Shown here: positions 9,018 to 19,132 of the stretch, piece by piece
How the letters are laid out: each line of letters opens with the position of its first letter
Position numbering within the stretch: position 1 is the first letter of the stretch
Origin: Candidatus Heimdallarchaeota archaeon
GTDB lineage: Archaea > Asgardarchaeota > Heimdallarchaeia > Heimdallarchaeales > Heimdallarchaeaceae
Assembly: GCA_030603365.1 (NCBI GenBank)
Contig: JAUVXV010000007.1
Span: 64,001 to 128,000 of the forward strand
Reading direction: 5' to 3'
Length of the DNA stretch: 64,000 nt
Program-made: the position numbers and the translations under genes
Notes under the pieces: generated by a model
Seen by the model: the letters and a program-made list of their open reading frames with translations, nothing else
The model's database searches: none
What the model was told of the DNA's origin: nothing

Positions 9018-10226
9018 ATGAGTAAGAAAATTAATCGTAATCTAATAATAACAGTGTCAATTATTACACTGATTTGTTCTATTTCTTTTTATCAGTTTCA
9101 AACAAATGGAAGTACTGAAACCACTAGTTTTACTACAGAAATAAAAGCATATACAGATCATGACCCTATTCAAATTCTATCGGATGAAAATTTTATAGAT
9201 TATGGTTTTGAAGGAGAAGGAACATATGATGAACCTTACTTAATTGAAAACTTAAGAATCATTAACTCCACACACAAAGGTATAGAGATAAATGAAACCT
9301 CAATGCATTTCATTATAAGAAATTGTTATATTGAAACTGATCAAAAAGGAATACTTGTAAGATTCGCTGCTAATTGGACAGTAAGAATTTACGATAATAT
9401 TCTAATTGATAACAATCTAGATGGAATAGTCGTTGCTAATACTCACCATTTCTCTATAGTGGGTAATGCAGGTACAGGGGATCACACCGCAATCAGAATC
9501 AATAATGTTTCTAATGGCTATATAGCTAATAATGAGCATATTGGTGGAGAAAACATAGACTTTCTTAGATCTGTAGGAACTCATCTAAGTAATACTAAAG
9601 ACACTGTTATTTACAATAACTACTTCGATAGTTTCAATAGAGGAATATACACAATTGAATGTAGCAACTTAACAATACAGCAAAATTATTGTGTGAACAG
9701 TAAAGAATATGCAGGATTGTATCTCTACTATTCTCATTTAAATCTAGTACTAAACAACACTTGCATATCTAATGTTGAAGCAGGAATTTTATTGTATAAG
9801 TCTAATTTTAACGTTATAAAATATAATAATATCTCGTTAAATGGAGTAATGGGTTTAGCTGCTACTCTTAGTGGATTAAATGTAATTTATCACAACGATT
9901 TTGTTGATAATGGATTTACTGGTAGTTATTCTTCCCAAGGATGGGATGATACTGGAGACAACCTTTGGTGTAATTTGGAATTAAAAGAGGGTAATTATTG
10001 GTCTGATTTAAACACAAATGTGTACCTTATTGATCCTGGATTCAATATAGATTTTTATCCTTTAGAATCACCAGTCTCTGGTGAAGTAATAGATCCAATA
10101 CTTGAACCTACAACACCCTATATTACAGAATATTCAACCTACATTCAAGTAATATTGCCTTTTGCTCTAATACTAGGTCTTGCAGTTTTTTACTCAAATA
10201 GAAGAAACAAGAAAAAAAATTATTGA
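9018..10226 (+). CDS. Membrane-anchored parallel beta-helix (NosD/PbH1-like) surface protein
   Basis: Signal-like N-terminus, HDPI.I.SD..F...G.GT..PY.IE motif, NN..N...GI repeats, GNYWSD, C-terminal TM plus basic tail. Likely start ATG 9018 (ORF open from 8979). Confidence 0.8.
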   Translation: MSKKINRNLIITVSIITLICSISFYQFQTNGSTETTSFTTEIKAYTDHDPIQILSDENFIDYGFEGEGTYDEPYLIENLRIINSTHKGIEINETSMHFIIRNCYIETDQKGILVRFAANWTVRIYDNILIDNNLDGIVVANTHHFSIVGNAGTGDHTAIRINNVSNGYIANNEHIGGENIDFLRSVGTHLSNTKDTVIYNNYFDSFNRGIYTIECSNLTIQQNYCVNSKEYAGLYLYYSHLNLVLNNTCISNVEAGILLYKSNFNVIKYNNISLNGVMGLAATLSGLNVIYHNDFVDNGFTGSYSSQGWDDTGDNLWCNLELKEGNYWSDLNTNVYLIDPGFNIDFYPLESPVSGEVIDPILEPTTPYITEYSTYIQVILPFALILGLAVFYSNRRNKKKNY

Positions 10227-10440
10227 GAGTCAGGAACAGCGTCAACTTTAGCTCCTTTCTCTTTTGCCATTTTTTTCCAACCTCTATTATTCGTCCAAGC
10301 TACAATTTTTGACATTGTTTTGGCGTTCCAGAAATCTGGAAGTATCGTCAATTATTTCCAAGTTCTTCTTCCATTATTTGTTGTAAAGACTCTAGATGAT
10401 TTTGGTTCCTCAAACTGCCATTGAAAATTATAACATCCAT
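10220..10440 (-). pseudogene. Internally deleted remnant of a flavodoxin / NADPH-dependent FMN reductase family gene
   Basis: ATG 10440 gives MDVIIFNGSLRNQNHLESLQQIMEEEL (NGS.R flavin-binding start), which stops after 30 codons. A second frame gives a C-terminus-like segment ...NNRGWKKMAKEKGAKVDAVPDSQ*. Confidence 0.45.
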
Positions 10441-10634
10441 AGTAAATCTTGCAAGGATTTTATATTTCATTTCTTTTATTAAACATTTTATAAACTATGT
10501 TGAGAATATTGACCTTTTACATTTTCAAGGAATAACATTTTTTTTGTCATATATTTTTCAATGTCAAGAACGATTGAGTTTTAAAGAGTTCTATCGTTTT
10601 GTTTTTCGTTAGAAAAAGTATTCTTGGGATTATA

Positions 10635-12341
10635 ATGACAAAGAAATTATTGATTGTTGGTGGAGTAGCTGGAGGTGCATCAACAGCTGCAAGATACAGA
10701 CGACTCAATGAATTCGCAGAAATCACTATTCTTGAAAGAGGGCCATATGTTTCTTTTGCGAATTGTGGATTACCCTACTATGTTGGTGGAGTAATAGAAG
10801 ATAAAGAGAATTTAGAATTAGTTACACCTCAAGTTTTTCTAGAAAGATTCAATATTGATGTTCGTATAAACAACGAAGCTATTTCAATTGATAGAGTGAC
10901 CAAAACAGTAAAGGTAAAAAATCTAGAAGATGATAATGAATTCAACCTAGAGTATGATACTTTAGTCTTGTCACCAGGAGCTGAACCTATTAAACCTCCT
11001 TTCAAAGGTATGGATAATATTCCTGTTTTTACTCTACGTACTATTCCTGATACACTGCAAATTGTTGAATATATTGAGACAAATAAACCTAAGAGAGCTA
11101 CAATTATTGGAGGAGGGTTCATTGGATTAGAGATGGCTGAAAACCTTCATGCAAAAGGTATAGAGATAACAATCATCGAATTGATGGATCAAGTAATGGT
11201 TACTCTAGATAGAGAAATGGCTCAATATGTACATTACGAATTGTATCGTAATGATGTTGAGTTAGTTCTAGGAGATGGTGTGAATTCATTTGAAAAGGAT
11301 GAGAGCGGACAAGTGTTTGTGATAACTCAGAGTGGCAGAAAAGTTTCCACTGATATAGTTGTTCTGGCGATAGGTGTCCGTCCGGAATCAAAATTAGCTA
11401 AAGAGTGTGGTCTTGAACTTGGCGAGAGAGGTCATATAGTAGTAAATAAATTCATGCAGACATCAGACCCTCATATCTATGCAGTAGGTGATGTAGTTCA
11501 GGTTTCAAACTATATAACTCAAGAAAAAATAGCTGTTCCTCTAGCTGGTCCAGCAAATAAACAAGGGAGGATAGCTGCTAACAATATTGCGGGAGAAACT
11601 GAAGAATATGAAGGTGTTCTTGCTGCAGCTGTTGTGAAGGTTTTTGATTTAACAGTCGCTCAAGTAGGATTAAATGAGAAGATGCTCAAAAACATGAACA
11701 TAGAATATGAAAAAGTATACCTTCACCCTATGAACCATTCTGGTTACTATCCTGGAGGAAATAAATTAGCACCTAAATTGCTTTTTGATAAGAAAAATGG
11801 CAAAATTTTAGGAGCTCAAGTGCTAGGAGGAGATGGAGCAGAAAAGAGAATTGATGTTATTTCTACAGTTATACACTTTGGTGGTACAGTTTTTGACTTA
11901 GAAAAATTAGAATTAACTTATGCTCCCCCATTTGGCTCTGCTAGAGATCCTGTAAACATGGCAGGTCATATAGCTGCAAATATGGTTAAAGGAAAGATGA
12001 AACCTTATCATTGGCATGATGTTGATGATCTAGTTGAGAAGGGTTCCTTTTTGATAGATGTAAGAAGAGACGATGAATTTGAAATAATCACGATTAAAGG
12101 TGCAATTCATATTTCAGAATTTGAGATGAGACAAAGATTAGACGAATTACCAAAAGATAAACCAATTTATGCTTTCTGTCAAGAAGGCTTTAGAGCTTAT
12201 ATTTCGCAAATGAATCTTCTGCAAAGGAACTTTGATGTTCAAAACCTAATTGGTGGAATCAAGACATATATTATAGCAACAGCTACACAAGAAGAATTGA
12301 AAAAAATGGCAAAGAACCCTCCCTATAGAATAATATTCTAA
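10635..12341 (+). CDS. cdr: CoA-disulfide / persulfide reductase with C-terminal rhodanese domain
   Basis: IVGGVAGG FAD motif, SFANCGLPY redox Cys, GGGFIGLE, YAPPF, rhodanese DVR...FCQEGFR. Start ATG 10635. Confidence 0.9.
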   Translation: MTKKLLIVGGVAGGASTAARYRRLNEFAEITILERGPYVSFANCGLPYYVGGVIEDKENLELVTPQVFLERFNIDVRINNEAISIDRVTKTVKVKNLEDDNEFNLEYDTLVLSPGAEPIKPPFKGMDNIPVFTLRTIPDTLQIVEYIETNKPKRATIIGGGFIGLEMAENLHAKGIEITIIELMDQVMVTLDREMAQYVHYELYRNDVELVLGDGVNSFEKDESGQVFVITQSGRKVSTDIVVLAIGVRPESKLAKECGLELGERGHIVVNKFMQTSDPHIYAVGDVVQVSNYITQEKIAVPLAGPANKQGRIAANNIAGETEEYEGVLAAAVVKVFDLTVAQVGLNEKMLKNMNIEYEKVYLHPMNHSGYYPGGNKLAPKLLFDKKNGKILGAQVLGGDGAEKRIDVISTVIHFGGTVFDLEKLELTYAPPFGSARDPVNMAGHIAANMVKGKMKPYHWHDVDDLVEKGSFLIDVRRDDEFEIITIKGAIHISEFEMRQRLDELPKDKPIYAFCQEGFRAYISQMNLLQRNFDVQNLIGGIKTYIIATATQEELKKMAKNPPYRIIF

Positions 12342-12345
12342 TCTA

Positions 12346-13485
12346 TCAATATAACTTGGGAATCATTTTGAATTTAGCAATATCACAGTAATCTTCCCAG
12401 AGTTTTCCGTATTTCTTCCGACATCTTTTATCATCTCTCCATGCTCGGTGAATAAGAAGAATTAACAAAGAACCAGGAAGTATCAAAGGTATTGCAGAGA
12501 TTAATCCTGTGGTTAATACAATTACTAAATAAGTAAGTATTTCACCAGTATAGTTCAGCTTTCTTCCAATTCCCCAAAACCCTGAGATTAGAATTTTTCC
12601 TTCCAAAGATTTAGCCTGTTTAAACCATATTTTGGCTTTTGGGTTCTTTTTGAATCTGTACTTTTGAATATTTGAAGCCCTAAAAATCCAAAGAGAGATA
12701 AGATAAGCAACACATAAAAAGATTATAACAAAATTACTGAAAGCGATTTCTTGAGTAATAATGAACCATCCACCTATAGAATAGAAAAATGGCACATAAA
12801 CTGTATCTCCCCAAGCAAGCATAAATCCAAAATTCTCAGACATTACATCCCAAGTAGAGAGCATAAACTCTTCGAATATGTAATGTGTAAAAAGATACCC
12901 CCACCAAAATGCTTGGTATAACCACATCTGAGGAAGAACATACCCTAGATTATTCAGCTGAGTGAATAGAAAACTCCAGTTTAAGATTGACAAACCTATC
13001 AATGAGGGCTGATATGCAAACATTTTCAGATCTACTCCCCACCATGTAGGATTCAATTCAGAACCAAACCAGATGTCATGGAGAATGCCCTTCAAACCTT
13101 TTCTTCTATCCTTTCCTTGTTTTCTTCTTCCTAAGAAGAATAGTAAAATTGTCCACAATACAGCATAACAATTAGCCACAATTAGAAGCGACCAAAATCG
13201 TATAGTAATATACTCAAGATTCCAAATGAAGGACGATACTTTCTCGTAGAGTACAAAAACAAGTAAAGCTACAAAAGTGAAAAGAAGAAATAAAATAAGA
13301 CCAGTAAGTTTATACTCTTTTTTGGTTCCATTTTTTAAGATTTCACCTATTCCTTTGATTCCAGGGAGAAATTTAGCTCCTAGAAACATTATAACAATAA
13401 ATATGGTAATCATTGCTAAAGCTGTTAGAAGGTTCCAAGGAGTAACAGGAAGCATTAATTCTAGAATACCAGCCATCTTATTCAC
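12346..13485 (-). CDS. ERG4/ERG24 family sterol reductase homologue (delta14-/delta7-reductase, LBR-like)
   Basis: Multi-TM protein with G.ELNP, DLKMF, GFMLAWGD..YVPF.Y, SGFWGIGRKLNYTGE and LLIHRA.RDD.RC..KYG..W..YC family motifs. Confidence 0.85.
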   Translation of the reverse strand: MNKMAGILELMLPVTPWNLLTALAMITIFIVIMFLGAKFLPGIKGIGEILKNGTKKEYKLTGLILFLLFTFVALLVFVLYEKVSSFIWNLEYITIRFWSLLIVANCYAVLWTILLFFLGRRKQGKDRRKGLKGILHDIWFGSELNPTWWGVDLKMFAYQPSLIGLSILNWSFLFTQLNNLGYVLPQMWLYQAFWWGYLFTHYIFEEFMLSTWDVMSENFGFMLAWGDTVYVPFFYSIGGWFIITQEIAFSNFVIIFLCVAYLISLWIFRASNIQKYRFKKNPKAKIWFKQAKSLEGKILISGFWGIGRKLNYTGEILTYLVIVLTTGLISAIPLILPGSLLILLIHRAWRDDKRCRKKYGKLWEDYCDIAKFKMIPKLY

Positions 13486-13800
13486 CTAATAGATAACTAA
13501 TCTTTCAGAGCTTGCTTAAAATTGTTATCCATGATATCTGTTCTTACTATTATAGCATTAACCTCAATTTCACTTATAAGAAACGAATGAGCTACTTTAT
13601 TACAAAGTCATGAAGTTTGTAAGCCAAAGAAGGGTGATAAAATAAAATTGGAAACTGCTCAAGAAGTTTGTTTAGAGATGAGAGAAGGAAAAGCTAAAGG
13701 GATATGGAAAATGCAATGCTACTTCTGCAATAAAATAGCTAAGAACAATCCCAAAAAATACTGTTATTACAATAAACCTAATTATTCTGGTTGTAACATC

Positions 13801-15233
13801 ATGATGAGTTATTGTCATCTTGTCATATTGACAAGAACAGTTAAATTTCTTTCTTAGAGGTCATCACATAGTACATGAGAGGTGTTCTATGCTCACTCTG
13901 AGGGGATACATCACGTATCCTCCTACCCCGTTCACACTCCTTTTAGGAAGCGCTTTCGGATCGCTTTTAACTAAAATGTTGTAAGCAGCATTCACATCAG
14001 CATTGATGAGGTGTCCTTGAGCAGATTTGAACAATCCCCGTTTGACTCTTTTTCCTGCATACTTCTTTCTAAATTGCGGGAATTCGTTATCAAGAAAACT
14101 ATTTTTAGAAGTGTATTGCTCAGGAATGAGTTCAACCTTTATCCCCCTCTCTGCTGCTTTATATTTCAGCATGTTGATAATCCGCATAAAGGGGATGGAA
14201 ACAAACATTTGGGTGATCTTTTTCCAGAAATGCACTCCTTGCTTCCACTTCTCGTTATAGCCGATGATCACCTCATGAAGCTCTCGTTCCACCCACAGTT
14301 CTACCAAGTAATGGCTGAGCTTATGGATAGCATCTTTGAGTTTCTTCCTCCACTTCTCTCGAAGCGTGTAGAAAACTGTTCCGTACTTCAATTTGTTCTT
14401 CGCTTTCAGCTGCTGTCTTTGCTGTTGCACATATTGTTCTCGTAATTGTGTTTGTTTTTTCAGATAATACTGGGTAATTGATTTTATTCCTTTCCCCTCG
14501 TCCTTGATAACAATCGGCTGATTCCCGAGGTTATCCACAAAGGTTACAAGGTTATGCATCCCTAAATCGATAGCTCCTTTTCTTCTAGGTCGTCTCCTTA
14601 GTTTGGGCATATTCTTCATATAAACTAGTTCGATGGTATATCCTACTCTTCTAGGAACTATTCTCACTTCCCGCAGTTTGGTACCAGCAGTTAATCTTGT
14701 TTTATAATGAAAACCTACTTTCTTAGGCAACACTAGCCAGCTATTCTTAATCCTTGCTTGTTGGTTGGTGAAGATTGCTACCACCTCCCCATCTTTGGTT
14801 TTGTAATTGGGTGGATGGGGCATGGCAAAAAATGCTGCAGGATTGTTTTTCCACTCCTTCAATGCTTGAAAGTACCCTTTCCAATTCCTAGATAGAAGTT
14901 TAAGCGTGTGTTGTGCAGTGTGAGCAGGAAGCACCTTGTAGCACTCTTCTCCTTTAAGGAGAGTGTTAAGGTCGGAGTAGAAGAGTAGTGTTTTTGTCTT
15001 CTTCAGAGAAGTTTTGATCAGAAAATTCGCTCGATTATAGAGATTTTTGACTCGATGACAGAGCTTGCTTAACGCAGGATGATAAGATACTTCTATACAC
15101 TCTACACGTAAAGCTTGCACCATCAGTCTTTTACCTAGAATTTCCTATAAAAACTCCAGTAATATCTCGTTCCAAAGTGTCTTTCAAAGTGATCTCTTGT
15201 ACACATAAGATGACAGGATGACAAAATTTCTTT
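13801..15233 (-). mobile_element. Non-autonomous IS200/IS605-type (IS1341-like) element carrying tnpB only
   Basis: GC-richer than flanks. On the minus strand TTTAT precedes the left end and the right end finishes ...TCAT. Right-end hairpin TCTTGTCA-tat-TGACAAGA at 13818-13836. No tnpA and no target duplication beyond an ambiguous AT. Confidence 0.75.
13864..15123 (-). CDS. tnpB: RNA-guided endonuclease TnpB
   Basis: KNLYN.AN N-terminus, RuvC-I AIDLG, VIIGYN..WKQ, EQYTSK.SFLD, RuvC-III NADVNAAYNI. Confidence 0.92.
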   Translation of the reverse strand: MVQALRVECIEVSYHPALSKLCHRVKNLYNRANFLIKTSLKKTKTLLFYSDLNTLLKGEECYKVLPAHTAQHTLKLLSRNWKGYFQALKEWKNNPAAFFAMPHPPNYKTKDGEVVAIFTNQQARIKNSWLVLPKKVGFHYKTRLTAGTKLREVRIVPRRVGYTIELVYMKNMPKLRRRPRRKGAIDLGMHNLVTFVDNLGNQPIVIKDEGKGIKSITQYYLKKQTQLREQYVQQQRQQLKAKNKLKYGTVFYTLREKWRKKLKDAIHKLSHYLVELWVERELHEVIIGYNEKWKQGVHFWKKITQMFVSIPFMRIINMLKYKAAERGIKVELIPEQYTSKNSFLDNEFPQFRKKYAGKRVKRGLFKSAQGHLINADVNAAYNILVKSDPKALPKRSVNGVGGYVMYPLRVSIEHLSCTM

Positions 15234-15352
15234 ATAAATAGTTATCTTAAAAACAGAAAGATTAGATTTGTTACAAGACAGAACAATATTTATAAATTCT
15301 CAGTAAAATGAGAATTAGATATTGTATTGATGAGAATAAATTAAAGGTTAGA

Positions 15353-16501
15353 ATGATGATAAAAAAAACTTCAATTATGCTTCTTCTAGTTTTCACATCT
15401 TTAGTGATTAATCAGAATTCAATTAGAGGAGAGATTGAGCTCGATTTAATTCCTATAGATTTTAAATTTGTTCATGCAACAAGATCGGATTTAGGAGATC
15501 AAGTTCATGTAGAATTTAATGATACGCTCATGCCAGATAACCAAGTTTATGGTCCTGATGATGAAGTTTGGTTCAGTTTTACTATGGATGTTGCCGAATT
15601 CAGGTTGGATCCTCAACAAGAAGTTGATTATAGCCAGGCAGATTATTGGTTCTTTGCCGAAGAAGACGAATTTGGTGTTTATAATGAGACTAGATTCCAA
15701 GGTGTTCTTAATTTATATCTAGATAGAAATGATTTTGGTTTATCAAATATTCATAACTTCGGTGGAACAATAAACACAACTCAGGATTTATTACAATTCT
15801 ATTTAACTCCTGGTTGGCATTTACTAACAGTTTTTGCAGCTGAATACGTTTCTGATCCAACAAGAACTGTAATGTATTGGCAAACATCAAAGGATGAGAA
15901 ATGGTTCTATATTTCTGCAGATACGACAAGTGAACCCCCTGTAAGAGAAAGCTCAGAAGACACTGTTACAGTTAAAGCTAATCCTCTTAATAACACTGAA
16001 TGGAATCCTTCATTTGATTGGAACTTTCTTAATATCTGGCCACGAGCTGAGAGAACAGATGGAACATCTATAGAACAAACATTAAATCAAGAAGGACAAG
16101 TTGCTAGAGTAGAAGCCAATTATAATGTAACTACAAGCTCATTATGGCTAAATGAAACAAATGAGGAAGGAAGACCACAGGCAGTTTATTATGATTCTAC
16201 ACATATGGGTGAGGGGGGCATTTTTTGGTGGATAAATGATGGACCTGTTACAAGTGAACTTGAAACAAGTTTCGAGCTCAACAAAGGTGTTAACTTCATT
16301 TACTTTGCAGCTGTAGGTTTTAGAGTTTACTTCACATTGGTCTATGATCCATTACTTCTACCTAGAGCAGATGTAGATAGTAATGTGTTTATTGTAGAGA
16401 ATAATATTCCACTTCCATCACCATTTGGATTCGAAAGTTTTGTATTAGCTTTAGCAGTTTTTGCAACAATTAGTCTCTATGTAAAGAGGAAAAGAAATTA
16501 A
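15353..16501 (+). CDS. Secreted, C-terminally anchored beta-rich surface protein
   Basis: Signal peptide MMIKKTSIMLLLVF; acidic beta-rich body; tail SPFGFESFVLALAVFATISLYVKRKRN resembles an archaeal CTERM sorting signal. Confidence 0.7.
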   Translation: MMIKKTSIMLLLVFTSLVINQNSIRGEIELDLIPIDFKFVHATRSDLGDQVHVEFNDTLMPDNQVYGPDDEVWFSFTMDVAEFRLDPQQEVDYSQADYWFFAEEDEFGVYNETRFQGVLNLYLDRNDFGLSNIHNFGGTINTTQDLLQFYLTPGWHLLTVFAAEYVSDPTRTVMYWQTSKDEKWFYISADTTSEPPVRESSEDTVTVKANPLNNTEWNPSFDWNFLNIWPRAERTDGTSIEQTLNQEGQVARVEANYNVTTSSLWLNETNEEGRPQAVYYDSTHMGEGGIFWWINDGPVTSELETSFELNKGVNFIYFAAVGFRVYFTLVYDPLLLPRADVDSNVFIVENNIPLPSPFGFESFVLALAVFATISLYVKRKRN

Positions 16502-16523
16502 AATCTTTTCTCTTCAAATTCTT

Positions 16524-16700
16524 TTATTTTTCGTTATTTTTCTTTTCAGATAATTGTAACCAGTTTCCTTCAATATCCTGAAATGTTGCGACAAGAGTTC
16601 GACTAACATCTCTTATTTTGTTTGAAGCATGTTGAAGCCGATTTAGATTACGACAAACCACCTGATGAAGCACCTTCCCTTTATGTTGAATAAATTTCAT
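16524..16700 (-). pseudogene. Probable remnant of a VOC/glyoxalase family gene (58-codon ORF)
   Basis: Ends in ATFQDIEGNWLQLSE, matching the VOC C-terminal F.DPDGN.lel pattern. Too short for a full domain. Confidence 0.4.
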
Positions 16701-16823
16701 CTCCTGAAACAGTACTCAAAACTGAGAATTATGATTAATTTATTCACCTTTTCTTTTTTTTGAAATATTAATCAAAAGAAAAGTCTTAATTATATATTCT
16801 TTTTATTGAGGTTGTGATCATAT

Positions 16824-17960
16824 TTGAAAATCATAGTTTTAGGTGCAGGTTTAGTAGGAAACATAATTGCTTTGGACTTAGCGGAAAATCCTGAAAACAG
16901 AGTTGCTGTTGCAGATATAAATCAAAATGCACTCAACCAACTGAGTGAAAAAGCTGACATCCAAACAGTATTTGCGGATTTATCAAATAAAGACATGATT
17001 AAAGACATAATAGAAGAGTATGACTTAGTAATTGGTGCGCTTCCAGGTTTTATGGGTTATGAAACACTAAAAACTGTAATTGAAGCTGGAAAGAACACTA
17101 TTGATATTTCCTTCTTTGAAGAAGATCCCTTTAGCTTAGATGAACTAGCCAAAGAGAATAATGTGACAGCTGTAGTTGATTGCGGTGTTGCTCCTGGATT
17201 AAGTAATATTGTTCTTGGTCATGTTGATAATCTCCTAGATACTACAGAGAATTTTTTATGCTATGTTGGTGGATTACCTCAAGTAAGAGAATGGCCATTC
17301 GAGTATAAAGCACCATTTTCCCCGACAGATATAATTGAAGAATATACACGGTTAGCTCGATATATAGAAGATAGAGAAGTCGTTATCAAACCAGCTCTTT
17401 CAGATCCTGAATTAATAGAATTTCCAGAAATTGGAACTCTTGAAGCTTTCAATACAGATGGATTAAGAACACTCTTGAGAACCATGGATATTCCTAATAT
17501 GAAAGAAAAAACTATGAGATATCCAGGACATATTGAAAAGATGAGAATGTTAAGAGAAACAGGATTTTTCGATAAAGAACCTATAGAAATCAATGGCAAG
17601 AAAATAATACCTTTAGAGTTGACTTCTAGGCTTCTTTTTAAAAGCTGGAAAATGGAGAAAGGAGATAAAGATCTTACAGTTATGAGAATCATAGTAGAAG
17701 GGACAAAAGATGACAAAAATCTAAGATATGTTTATGATATGTTAGATATGTACGATGAGGAAAAAGAAACAATTTCAATGGCCAGAACAACTGGTTATAC
17801 TTGTACAGCAACAGCTGAACTTGTTGGAAAAGGAGCTTTTAATAAAAAAGGCATAATTCCTCCTGAAATTGTAGGTAAGAATCTCGAAGCATATGAATCA
17901 ATAATAGATTATCTCAAGGAAAGAAAAGTAGTTCTCCATGAAAGAGTAGAAGAGATTTAA
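16824..17960 (+). CDS. Saccharopine dehydrogenase / lysine 6-dehydrogenase family protein
   Basis: GAGLVG Rossmann motif, DCGVAPGLSN, VGGLP, EAFNTDGLRTL, TMRYPGH, MARTTGY. Confidence 0.9.
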   Translation: MKIIVLGAGLVGNIIALDLAENPENRVAVADINQNALNQLSEKADIQTVFADLSNKDMIKDIIEEYDLVIGALPGFMGYETLKTVIEAGKNTIDISFFEEDPFSLDELAKENNVTAVVDCGVAPGLSNIVLGHVDNLLDTTENFLCYVGGLPQVREWPFEYKAPFSPTDIIEEYTRLARYIEDREVVIKPALSDPELIEFPEIGTLEAFNTDGLRTLLRTMDIPNMKEKTMRYPGHIEKMRMLRETGFFDKEPIEINGKKIIPLELTSRLLFKSWKMEKGDKDLTVMRIIVEGTKDDKNLRYVYDMLDMYDEEKETISMARTTGYTCTATAELVGKGAFNKKGIIPPEIVGKNLEAYESIIDYLKERKVVLHERVEEI

Positions 17961-18016
17961 TTACTTTTTTACCAAAAACATTTAACACTTTCCTTTTATT
18001 ATTATCTTAGTAGATA

Positions 18017-19075
18017 ATGAATTCAGTGTCAAATCCTTGTTCTATGGTTAAACAAGGTTTTCCCGCAGGTTCTTGTTTGGTTCAGACTAGTTCTTTAGAG
18101 AAAGGAAGAGCTTGTGATTTAACTTTAAGAATTAATGAAGAAGGGGGTTACGAGAGAGTGATAAAATCTATCCATCTTTCTAGACCTGAAGACTATCTCT
18201 CAATTTACCAAAGTGGATGTAATCATACATGCAAGAAATGCCATTCTCATGAGTTCAGTAAGCATGTTAATGGAGATTGGATGAGTAGTGATGATATTGC
18301 AAATAAAGCGATAGAATACGCAAGACATGTTACTGTTTATGAACCTAAAGAACGAGCAACCAGCTGGCATGCCCAACAGCTTTGTAAACATTGTGGATCA
18401 TGTGTCCTTACTGGTGAGTACTCTCCAAAGTGCCCAAGAAAACTAAAGAAGGAACAAATAGTGTTGAGCCCTCAAGGTTTTGGACCAGCAAGAAACATAA
18501 TTGCTTTTACTGGTGGAGACATAATGTGTAAACCAGAATTCTATACTCAAACAGCTGAAAAAATCAAAGCTGAAGAGGAGAATCTATTGATATTATTGGA
18601 GACTAATGGGTATGGTTTAACACCAAAGAATCTAGAGAAATTCGCTTCAGCTGGTATAGATTCCTTCTGGTTGGATATTAAAGCATATTCTGAAAGTATA
18701 TATCAAAATCTCTGCGGAACAACAAACAAACATATTTTAGAAAGTGTTCAAAATATCAAAGATTTAGGGTTTACACTCGAAATATTAACTCTTTTTATTC
18801 CTTCAATTGTAGAAACGGACGAACATAAGAAAATAGCTAAACTAATTGTTGATGTAGATGCAACTATTCCTACAACTTTACTTGCTTTCTTTCCTTGTTT
18901 TGAACTTAACAGTCCTTTATACAGGGGACCTAATGTTTCTGAAATGGCTAAAAGTTTTGAGATTATGAAAGAGATAGGAGTAAAAAACCTTCGAATGGGT
19001 AATTTAGGGGTTTTCATGAAGAATCAGAAAGATATGGATTTTCTCGAAACAAAATTTGGGAAAAATTTCTACTAA
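18017..19075 (+). CDS. Radical SAM protein (PFL-activase-like archaeal family)
   Basis: GCNHTCKKCH (CxxxCxxC), inserted CKHCGSC...C, AFTGGD, ETNGY, DIKA. Confidence 0.88.
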   Translation: MNSVSNPCSMVKQGFPAGSCLVQTSSLEKGRACDLTLRINEEGGYERVIKSIHLSRPEDYLSIYQSGCNHTCKKCHSHEFSKHVNGDWMSSDDIANKAIEYARHVTVYEPKERATSWHAQQLCKHCGSCVLTGEYSPKCPRKLKKEQIVLSPQGFGPARNIIAFTGGDIMCKPEFYTQTAEKIKAEEENLLILLETNGYGLTPKNLEKFASAGIDSFWLDIKAYSESIYQNLCGTTNKHILESVQNIKDLGFTLEILTLFIPSIVETDEHKKIAKLIVDVDATIPTTLLAFFPCFELNSPLYRGPNVSEMAKSFEIMKEIGVKNLRMGNLGVFMKNQKDMDFLETKFGKNFY

Positions 19076-19132
19076 ATTGTAAAACAAATTGACAAAACAT
19101 ATAAATTCTTAATGAACTCTTCATTGAGTAGC

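Larger units (their letters stand above)
13648..15311 (+). pseudogene. Small Cys-rich protein gene interrupted by the tnpB element
   Basis: Codons 1-51 at 13648-13800 (...YSGCNI). Removing 13801-15233 joins in frame to INSYLKNRK...SVK* ending 15311 (76 aa). GGGTGA SD upstream. Confidence 0.6.

Noticed and set aside
15124-15206. tnpA remnant upstream of tnpB
   Set aside because: Only a 23-codon ORF (MCTRDHFERHFG...) with no HUH/Y1 or serine-recombinase motif.
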